Assembly: GCA_951812955.1 (NCBI GenBank)
Contig: OX638340.1
Coordinates: 1 to 64,000, forward strand
DNA length: 64,000 nt
Direction: 5' to 3'
Origin: an uncultured Gemmatimonadota bacterium
Lineage (GTDB): Bacteria; JAAXHH01
Shown here: piece after piece, positions 50,338 to 57,787 of the stretch
Layout: every line of letters starts with the position of its first letter
Position numbering within the stretch: the stretch's first letter is position 1
Made by a program: the position numbers and the translations under genes
Notes under the pieces: model-generated
The model's database searches: none
Told to the model about the DNA's origin: nothing
What the model saw: only the letters and a program-made list of their open reading frames with translations

Positions 50338-50392
50338 AAGCGACGGCATATGGGCGGCCGCGTTGGAAGCGGCAAGGTATGCCGTCGCTTTG
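50338..50392 (+). terminator. stem-loop (14-bp perfect inverted repeat) 8 nt after the stop of the 568-aa gene; candidate terminator
   Basis: AAAGCGACGGCATA (50338-50351) / TATGCCGTCGCTTT (50379-50392), with a 27-nt GC-rich loop, followed by TTGTGATT. Confidence 0.5.
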
Positions 50393-50596
50393 TGATTGGG
50401 TATGCTCCCGCGGGGCGCCGGAGTCATACCGAATCCTTTGACCATTGGCAGGCAATCGATCGTGCCCGTGATGCGATCACAGGTCTCGTTTCCTGCCCTG
50501 TACTACACCATTAGACGCCGAAATGCAAAAAAAGATGCACTAAATCGCTCATCGGGCACCTGATCCCGCATGCGCCAATCCAGGGACCTTTCGGGA

Positions 50597-51130
50597 ATGC
50601 CATATATCGAATCAATAACCTTTCTCGCCGCGATCACAGGCTTTGCCGGGTTGACCGCAAATATGGTCCTGGTCGCGGCAAACCGCCACCGGCGATATCA
50701 CATGATTCCGGTCGCTCTGATCGTTTTCGCCCATGTCCTTCTCGTCTGGCACTTCAGGTACGAATGGGAGATCGCCCAGGCCACGAGAAACGGCTACGCG
50801 GGGTTCGTGATATTTCATACCGCCCTGCTGGGCATCCTGTCCGCCCCGCTGGTCGGAAGCCGGCTGGCAAGGCGGCTCGTGGCCTTCTCGTTCTGCGTCG
50901 CCGCCATGGGCGCCAGCGGAGCCGTACTGCGCTACGAAGAAGTGGCGATCTATCGCCTGCCGGTTCTTGTTTTCGACCTCGCGGGACTAACCGCGCTGGC
51001 CTATTGGATGTTCAGGCCATGCGGACCAGCGAACGAGTTTTACAGACGGTATTTTGGCGTGAACCGGTACGAAAGGGAACCGGGCCGCAGCGTAGGGGCT
51101 GAAAACCGGCAAAACGACCGGGGAGACTGA
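50597..51130 (+). CDS. hypothetical small membrane protein (4 predicted TM helices)
   Basis: 'ITFLAAITGFAGLTANMVLVAA', 'MIPVALIVFAHVLLVW', 'GFVIFHTALLGILSAPLV', 'LVAFSFCVAAMGASG', 'LAGLTALAYWMF'. No family recognised. Confidence 0.4.
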   Translation: MPYIESITFLAAITGFAGLTANMVLVAANRHRRYHMIPVALIVFAHVLLVWHFRYEWEIAQATRNGYAGFVIFHTALLGILSAPLVGSRLARRLVAFSFCVAAMGASGAVLRYEEVAIYRLPVLVFDLAGLTALAYWMFRPCGPANEFYRRYFGVNRYEREPGRSVGAENRQNDRGD

Positions 51131-51162
51131 ATCGACCACAGCGATCCGGGAGGGGATGCTAG

Positions 51163-51972
51163 ATGATGAACCTGGCTGAACAGAAGGCCTTTTTCGAGGA
51201 AGAGGGATACCTGATCGTCGAGGACCTGCTGTCGGAAGACGAATTGGCCGGATGCCGCGAGGAAATCGAACGGCTGCACCGGTTTTCCGCGGAACTCGAG
51301 GCCGCCGGCGATCCGAGATCTTCGCGTTTCCAGCGCGAACCCTACGCGAAGGGCGCCAACCGTGCGGACGGCCTGCCCGTGCTTCGGAAAATCGAAAACA
51401 CGCGGGAAACCTCGGCGTTTTTTCGCGATCTCTCCGTCCATCCGAACCTGCTTAGCGTGGTGGGAGGGCTGCTCGGTCCCGACCTGCTGCTGTTCCGAAG
51501 CACCCTGATGCTCAAGCCGGCTTTTCACGGCTCCGCACACGCGCCGCACCAGGATTCGGCCTACTGGCCGATAGAACCACCCGTGCTCGTAACCGTCAGC
51601 ATTGCCCTGAACGATGCCACGACCGAGAACGGCTGTTTCTACGTCATCCCCCGAAGCCATACCTGGGGCATGAAAGACTGGGGACATATCGCACAGGCGC
51701 AGGATACGGAGCCGGCGCATGGGCACGACTTGAAGGAGGCGCCCCAGCTCGAGGTGCCGCTGAAGGCTGGAAGCGCGCTGTTTTTCCACAGCCTGATGGT
51801 GCACGGATCCGGTCCCAACAGGTCTCCCGATCCACGCAATACGGCGCTTTACGCCTACTTTCCGCCCGGCGTCCGCTACGTTCCGGGGGAAGGCAGCCCC
51901 AGGGTGAAAACCTATCCGGTGGCGTGCGGTCTGGACGGAAAGAAGACCTTCACGCTTGAGGCCGCGGGTTAG
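51163..51972 (+). CDS. phytanoyl-CoA dioxygenase (PhyH) family Fe(II)/2OG oxygenase (second copy in the window)
   Basis: 'FFEEEGYLIVEDLLSEDEL', 'PHQDSAYWP' (HxD), 'HSLMVHGSGPNRS' (distal His, Arg). GGGAGG RBS upstream. Confidence 0.75.
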   Translation: MMNLAEQKAFFEEEGYLIVEDLLSEDELAGCREEIERLHRFSAELEAAGDPRSSRFQREPYAKGANRADGLPVLRKIENTRETSAFFRDLSVHPNLLSVVGGLLGPDLLLFRSTLMLKPAFHGSAHAPHQDSAYWPIEPPVLVTVSIALNDATTENGCFYVIPRSHTWGMKDWGHIAQAQDTEPAHGHDLKEAPQLEVPLKAGSALFFHSLMVHGSGPNRSPDPRNTALYAYFPPGVRYVPGEGSPRVKTYPVACGLDGKKTFTLEAAG

Positions 51973-52216
51973 GGTCGTATTCCGGTTCCGTTACGGCCAT
52001 GCTTGCCTACAAACACACATTTATCGATTTATAGTTCCGGTTACAATAAAAATAAACTATATTATAATTATAAATCACATTTAATGATGGCATCCCGGGT
52101 CCGAAGCGGAACGCCATGGCGAGGGCGATTGGCAGGCAAACCAAGCTCCCGCAATGGATGCCGTCCTTATCGGTTCGTTTTCCTGAGACCAGTCAGCACC
52201 GAGTCGGGGAGATTTC

Positions 52217-52396
52217 ATGCGAAACACAGAAGCGCAACAGATCAACGCGGCACTGAATGAATTGCGTGGAGAACTACGCGAGGTAGTCATCCTGTTGTCG
52301 ACGATAGCCAGGTACATAGACGATTTCCGGTACGAGACGCACAAGTTGAACCGGTACTTGCGGAGAATCCCCCGCGAAGATCAGTCCGGGGCCTGA
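52217..52396 (+). CDS. possible small ORF (59 aa), below the ORF-track cutoff
   Basis: ATG at 52217 is preceded by GGGGAG. It encodes 'MRNTEAQQINAALNELRGELREVVILLSTIARYIDDFRYETHKLNRYLRRIPREDQSGA', an amphipathic/coiled-coil-like peptide. It sits right after an AT-rich island. Confidence 0.3.
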   Translation: MRNTEAQQINAALNELRGELREVVILLSTIARYIDDFRYETHKLNRYLRRIPREDQSGA

Positions 52397-52519
52397 CCCG
52401 CGGTTCCAAGCTGTCCGCGCTGCAGGTGCGCCCCCGTGCTGACCGTGCGATCCATGGAACCCTTGCCGTCCTTGCCCGTCCTTGCCGTCCAGACGATACG
52501 CACCTTCCGTGAGCTTCCT

Positions 52520-53530
52520 ATGTACTATGACCAGGGTTCGTTCGATATTCGATGCGAGTGGGGTGAGGAAGGGCTTCAGGAACTGCTGTCCGGCAGCAGG
52601 GCCGTGGTCATCGTCGACGTCCTGTCGTTTTCCACCAGCGTAGACATCGCGGCGGGCAATGGCGCCCTGGTCTACCCGTGCCGAACGAGGGACCATACGG
52701 CGGCTGCCTATGCCCGGTCGCGTGACGCGCTGTTGGCCAACACCACCCGGGAATTCGAAGGAGGCGGATATTCTCTGTCCCCTTCGTCCCTGGTGAACAT
52801 TCCCGCCGGTACCGCCCTGGTCCTGCCCTCTCCCAACGGGTCGACGCTCTCCCTGTCGACCGGCGATACGCCGACATTCGCGGGTTGCCTAAGGAACGCA
52901 ACGGCCCTTGCGGGCATTTTGCGGCGATACGGAACCGGCATCAGTATAATCCCCGCGGGAGAACGGTGGAAGGAACAACAGACGCTCAGACCGGCGATCG
53001 AAGACCTGGTCGGCGCGGGGGCCGTCATTCACGCGCTGGAGGGCTCCCGTTCACCGGAGGCCGAAACCGCCGCCAGCGCATTTGCGGCGTTCAAGGATGA
53101 CCTGCCGTCGGTCATTGGCGCATCGGGGTCCGGCAAAGAACTGATAGGCAGGGGTTTCGAGGAAGACGTGCGGCTGGCAGCGGCCCTGGACGCGAGCGAC
53201 AGTGTTCCGGTTCTGAAGGATGGGCCTACCGGTCGTCCCGCGAATCCGGCGTCGTGGAGTTGTGACTGCAATGCGGTCTTTGCGGCGGATTCCTTACACT
53301 TCGTAAGCCTTCCACGCACCCAGGCAACCGTGCCCTCGACGGACGTGAAGAAGCCGTTTTCCGGGCTCGGCGATGTACCCGGAAATCGAGTGCATCCCGA
53401 CCGCGCCGTGCCGGCAGATCCCGCTCGGGTCGTTCTCGTGATCGGCCAGAATCTCCTTGATCGTGTCCACGTTGATCGTCCCCCAACGCGACCGGACAAG
53501 CTGCCGGATGCGGTCCAGGCGCGGACATGA
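52520..53530 (+). CDS. 2-phosphosulfolactate phosphatase (ComB) family protein; the 3' roughly 240 nt of the ORF overlap the convergent C45 gene
   Basis: 'AVVIVDVLSFSTSVDIAAGNGALVYP', 'GGGYSLSPSSL', 'ALVLPSPNGST', 'ISIIPAGERW' fit the ComB fold. ComB is usually about 240 aa, so the true stop may be missing (frameshift?) or the tail is a readthrough artefact. Confidence 0.55.
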   Translation: MYYDQGSFDIRCEWGEEGLQELLSGSRAVVIVDVLSFSTSVDIAAGNGALVYPCRTRDHTAAAYARSRDALLANTTREFEGGGYSLSPSSLVNIPAGTALVLPSPNGSTLSLSTGDTPTFAGCLRNATALAGILRRYGTGISIIPAGERWKEQQTLRPAIEDLVGAGAVIHALEGSRSPEAETAASAFAAFKDDLPSVIGASGSGKELIGRGFEEDVRLAAALDASDSVPVLKDGPTGRPANPASWSCDCNAVFAADSLHFVSLPRTQATVPSTDVKKPFSGLGDVPGNRVHPDRAVPADPARVVLVIGQNLLDRVHVDRPPTRPDKLPDAVQART

Positions 53531-54325
53531 GTCGGGCAGGTGTCCGGATTCGTGATCGGCGAACTCGGAAGTCAGGTAATGGTTGGTATGCAGGCAGGCG
53601 TCCGGATGGGCGTCCTGGTACCGGGCAATCCCTTCGGGCCGTATTTCCACGGTATCGATGCTTCCCTGTCCGTCGCACAGTACCAGGTTGGCGGCCGAGC
53701 AGGTGCGGTGCCTGGCAAGAAGTCCCACGCAGTCCCCGACCGTCCGCTGTTCCAGGACCAGACGCTTGATCGGGTAGTGGGGCAATCCCATCCGCCACGT
53801 ACATCCGTAGAGGGCATTGGCGAAATGGGCTACGCCGTACTCGTTCATTCCTGAATAACCCAGCTGCCCGGCGAATGTGAACATCAGCGCACGGGGCCGG
53901 CCATCGCAGGGTTTTACCCGCAACAGGATCGCGACATCGGCGTATTCCGGCTCTAGATCCTGGTTTTGTCCGGCCAGCGTGTTCCCATCCGCTGTTGCCG
54001 ACCGCGTGAGCGCGAAGGCGGTACAGGCCCCGACCGCCATTTGCGCGGCTTCGGCGCGGGCCTGGCACAGCACGGCTTCCTCCAGGCTGATGCCCGCGCC
54101 AGCCGCCAGTCCTCGCACCTCTTCGGCGAAGGCAGGACTCAGTTGCTCGAACAGCGGCCAGAAACCCATGGCGTTCCGGCACAGCGCATCCCGGGGCCTC
54201 CCGGTCAGCCGCTCGATCCAGAGCAGGTACCGCTGGACGGGACCGGCTGCCTGCGCGCCATGCTGGTAACCCATTTCGTAGCCGCTGCCTTCGACTTCAA
54301 TCAGGGGGAAAGTATGATCGTTCAT
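53294..54325 (-). CDS. peptidase C45 family protein (acyl-CoA:6-aminopenicillanic-acid acyltransferase-like Ntn hydrolase)
   Basis: 'GSGYEMGYQHG' near the N-terminus, 'VGACTAFAL' (the Ntn-type Cys after autoproteolysis is typically in 'xGCT/S') and 'LAGQNQDLEP' are C45-like. Confidence 0.65.
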   Translation of the reverse strand: MNDHTFPLIEVEGSGYEMGYQHGAQAAGPVQRYLLWIERLTGRPRDALCRNAMGFWPLFEQLSPAFAEEVRGLAAGAGISLEEAVLCQARAEAAQMAVGACTAFALTRSATADGNTLAGQNQDLEPEYADVAILLRVKPCDGRPRALMFTFAGQLGYSGMNEYGVAHFANALYGCTWRMGLPHYPIKRLVLEQRTVGDCVGLLARHRTCSAANLVLCDGQGSIDTVEIRPEGIARYQDAHPDACLHTNHYLTSEFADHESGHLPDSCPRLDRIRQLVRSRWGTINVDTIKEILADHENDPSGICRHGAVGMHSISGYIAEPGKRLLHVRRGHGCLGAWKAYEV

Positions 54326-54379
54326 GGTGCTCTCCTCCGGTTTTGTCCGGGCCCGGTCTGACTGCCGAGCAAAGTGCCT

Positions 54380-57300
54380 TCAACGCGGGTTCCCGGTGTA
54401 CGTCCAAGCCCTCCATCCTTGCAGCATCGGGAAATAAAGACCCAGGTTTACCGGTCCGGAATACATTGACTGCAAGACGCTCGCATAGCCCTCCAACTGG
54501 TCGCGGTACCGCCGCTGTTCATTGTCCAGGAACCCTTCGAGGTCCCCGCCGGTATGGGCGCTGGTCTTGTAGTCGATGATCCAGCGCCTGCCCTCGGACA
54601 CGAAAGTCCGGTCCACGACGTATCGTTGGATCCTTCCGTCTAGAAACGTGGTAAGGGCAAGCTCTCTTTCGTCGCTCGGGTGCCGCGTCAGGATCCAGCG
54701 GCCTCGTTCGTCAGCGACGGTATTGCCGAGGGCGGACGTCGCCCTAGCAACCGCCTCGTCCAGCTTCTCACCGGCCAGTCCTTCCTGCCTGAGCGCAATG
54801 CGGAGCGTGTCCTCCCGGAAGTTCAGAAGATCCGGTGCGTACATGCGCTGAAGCATCCGATGCACGACAACCCCGACCCGGCGCTGAAGTTCGGTTACCC
54901 ACTCGAAGGTGGGATGCGCCGATTCGTGGCCTACCGGATCCGAGGGGTCAAGCCGCGGTTTAAGGTCGACGTTTTCAGGTAAAGGTCCGGGCGTCCAGCC
55001 CGCAACCAGGCGGCGGAGCGGCACGCCCCGGGGCTTCGCGTCGGCCAGATCTTCCTCCGGTTCCTGCTCTCCGCGGTCCTTCATCATCGACTGGAATTCA
55101 GGCTCTACCGCGTTCCAGATTCTTGCCAGCAGCGTTCGTGAGCCCGGCGTTTTCAGCGTTCCGCGCTCTGGATCGGTTTCGGCGTGACCGAGCAGATGCA
55201 GGCATTTCCGCGCCCTGGTGGCAGCTACATAGAGCAGGCGGGTCCGTTCGTGGTCGCGCTTTCGAGATTCAATGCCACCCAGGTAGGCGTAAAGCGGGTC
55301 CTTATCGCCGCCAGTCGCGCGAATAGGCGCCAGCAGAAGCCGGGACCGATCGCCGCGGGCATATTCGTGCCACAGGAGTAATTTCGGATCCTCCGCCCGG
55401 GGAAGCCGGCCCAGCCCCGGAAGGATGACGGTATCGAATTCCAGCCCCTTGGCCCGGTGAATCGTCAGCAATTGCACGTCCCCGCCGGCTTCGACGTCTG
55501 AAGGAGCGAAAAGGCGCTCGACGTCATCGGCGAATTCCTTCTCGTCCGGGATGCCCAGTCCGTCCTGGGCCCGTTCCAGGAGATCGAGAAAAGCGGAAGC
55601 GTCTTCACGTTCCGTCCGCGTTTCCAGACACTCCGGTCCGCCCAGCGCGGTCCAGGCGCCTTCCACCAGCCGTCGTGGCGGCAACCTGCCCCGCAGGGTG
55701 AACGCGTCGGCGAAAATGGGTATCAGGCGGCCGATCCTGGATACGGCGTCAGGAGACAGCCGCTCCCGTCTCTCGCGGTCCTGCAGAAGGTCCCATACGG
55801 CGGATGCGGCGTTGCCTCCAACCAGGATTTCCAAATCCTTCAACGTGAGGCCGCACCACGGAGCGCGCAATATCGCCAGCCAGGCCAACCGGTCGCCGGG
55901 ATGCAGGAGCGCCTGTGTCAGTGACATCAAGTCCCGCACCACCGGACGGTCCCCCAGGGCGTCGATCTCCACGGCCCGGAATCTCTTGCCGTTTTCTCGC
56001 AGGGCGGAAACGATACCGGTCAGATGACTGCGGGCGGAGACCAGGACGGCGATGGTCTCGCCCGGTCGCTCCGCCTGCGCCTCGGAGATAACTTCGACCA
56101 CCCGTTCGGCTTCGGCGTCCTGGTCACGGACCAGGAAGGGGTGGAAGCGCACGCAACTGTCCGCTTTCTCGGACTTGAAGGCCACGGAAGGCTCGTAAGT
56201 TACCGCGCCCGACAGGATGTCCTCGTCAGGGGGGAACGCGTCACGCAGCGCGCGGTTCACCCAGACCACGACCCGAGGATACGAGCGGAAGTTCACCGAC
56301 AGCGCGAGGGGGATCGGCCGGATGGCGCCGACCCCGTTTTTCCGGGCCTGAAGAAAGAGCCCCACCTCCGCTTCGCGGAAACCGTATATCGACTGCATGG
56401 GATCGCCCACCAGGAACAGCGTCCGGCCGTCTCCGGGGCGCCAGTCCCTGATCAGGCTGGTGAGCAGGCCGTACTGGCTCTGGGAGGTATCCTGAAACTC
56501 GTCGATGAGCAGGTGCCGGATGTGAAAGTCCAGGCTGCGGGCCAGGTCGGTGGGCACCTTGTCGGGACCCAGCGCGGCCCGCGCCCCGATGCCGATCTCC
56601 GTGAAGTCGACGCACCCTTCTTCCCGGAACACGAGCCTGAGCTGCGCCACGGCCACGGGCAGCAGGAGCATCAGCGCGTTCAGGACGTCCCACTGTCCAT
56701 CTTCGAAACGCGGAGCGGGCAGCGACCGCAGCTCATGCAACGACTCGGCGAATACCGGGTCCAGGTCGATGCGGGCGAGCCTTTCTTTGGCGGCGCGTCC
56801 GGCATCGGTGGGGGGGAATCCATGGTTCCTGTTGACCGCCCTGCGCCGGGTTCCCTGAGCGGTCAGGAACAATTCCGCGAAACCGATCCAGCAGGGAAGG
56901 GATTCGGCATCGGAACCTGGAAATCCGGAAAGTCCGATGCATGCATCTATCGCGCTCGCCCGGTTCTCCGCACGCAGATTCTCTGCCGCGAAACCGGCGA
57001 GTTCAACGGTTTCGTTTCGGTGCTGTTCCGCGAATGCGCTGCGGACATGCTCCAGGGCGCTTTCGATAACCAGCCTGAGGGATGACTCCAGGTCCCTGCG
57101 CAATGCTTCGTGCTTTCGAGGCGCCGCGGATTCGCTCATCGCACCGGGATTCGCAGGATCGGACAGGTGCCGCATCCACTGGTCCCGGGTGCCCAGCATG
57201 ATACTCAGCAGACGCTCGACTCTACCGAAGTGGTTGTCCAGGTGGGAAAGCAGTCTGGACAAAGCCCCCGTCACGTCTGGCGGTGTCTCATCTGCGTCCA

Positions 57301-57787
57301 GCATGGCCACTGTGCGGCGTGCCGCACGGGCGTACAGGTGTCCTGCATTGTCCACCGGCCGAGGCGCCGCGCCCATGCGTGAAACCCAGGGCATCCGCCG
57401 TACCAGCATGGCACAGAGCGAATCGATCGTTTGTATTCGAAGGCGCGCGGGATGCTCGGCCAGCCGCCAGTCCAGCGCGTCGTTGCGGGCAACGGCATCC
57501 CTCGCAAGCTGCCAGGTATGGATTTCGTGAGGCGTCGCAGGGCGCGGTCCCGCGGCGCTTCTCAGGGCCGCGACGATCCGATGGCGCATCTCCGCGGCCG
57601 CCTTCCTGGTAAAGGTAATGGCCACGACGGCCTCCGGACGGTCCACCTGTGCCAGCAAGGCCAGGTATCGCTGTATAAGCAATTCGGTCTTGCCGGACCC
57701 CGCGGGCGCCTGGACGATGAACGACCGGGTATGGTCGAGCGCTTGTAGGCGTTGCGCCTGGTCTGCCACGCGTTCAGCCACGGTCAT
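54380..57787 (-). CDS. addA: UvrD-type helicase plus C-terminal PD-(D/E)xK nuclease: double-strand-break repair helicase AddA
   Basis: 'FIVQAPAGSGKTELLIQRYLALL' (Walker A), 'LLIDEFQDTSQSQ', 'LLTIHRAKGLEFDTV', 'LLYVAATRARKCL', then a C-terminal 'IDYKT' nuclease motif. Start at 'MTVAERV' (57787). Confidence 0.85.
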   Translation of the reverse strand: MTVAERVADQAQRLQALDHTRSFIVQAPAGSGKTELLIQRYLALLAQVDRPEAVVAITFTRKAAAEMRHRIVAALRSAAGPRPATPHEIHTWQLARDAVARNDALDWRLAEHPARLRIQTIDSLCAMLVRRMPWVSRMGAAPRPVDNAGHLYARAARRTVAMLDADETPPDVTGALSRLLSHLDNHFGRVERLLSIMLGTRDQWMRHLSDPANPGAMSESAAPRKHEALRRDLESSLRLVIESALEHVRSAFAEQHRNETVELAGFAAENLRAENRASAIDACIGLSGFPGSDAESLPCWIGFAELFLTAQGTRRRAVNRNHGFPPTDAGRAAKERLARIDLDPVFAESLHELRSLPAPRFEDGQWDVLNALMLLLPVAVAQLRLVFREEGCVDFTEIGIGARAALGPDKVPTDLARSLDFHIRHLLIDEFQDTSQSQYGLLTSLIRDWRPGDGRTLFLVGDPMQSIYGFREAEVGLFLQARKNGVGAIRPIPLALSVNFRSYPRVVVWVNRALRDAFPPDEDILSGAVTYEPSVAFKSEKADSCVRFHPFLVRDQDAEAERVVEVISEAQAERPGETIAVLVSARSHLTGIVSALRENGKRFRAVEIDALGDRPVVRDLMSLTQALLHPGDRLAWLAILRAPWCGLTLKDLEILVGGNAASAVWDLLQDRERRERLSPDAVSRIGRLIPIFADAFTLRGRLPPRRLVEGAWTALGGPECLETRTEREDASAFLDLLERAQDGLGIPDEKEFADDVERLFAPSDVEAGGDVQLLTIHRAKGLEFDTVILPGLGRLPRAEDPKLLLWHEYARGDRSRLLLAPIRATGGDKDPLYAYLGGIESRKRDHERTRLLYVAATRARKCLHLLGHAETDPERGTLKTPGSRTLLARIWNAVEPEFQSMMKDRGEQEPEEDLADAKPRGVPLRRLVAGWTPGPLPENVDLKPRLDPSDPVGHESAHPTFEWVTELQRRVGVVVHRMLQRMYAPDLLNFREDTLRIALRQEGLAGEKLDEAVARATSALGNTVADERGRWILTRHPSDERELALTTFLDGRIQRYVVDRTFVSEGRRWIIDYKTSAHTGGDLEGFLDNEQRRYRDQLEGYASVLQSMYSGPVNLGLYFPMLQGWRAWTYTGNPR

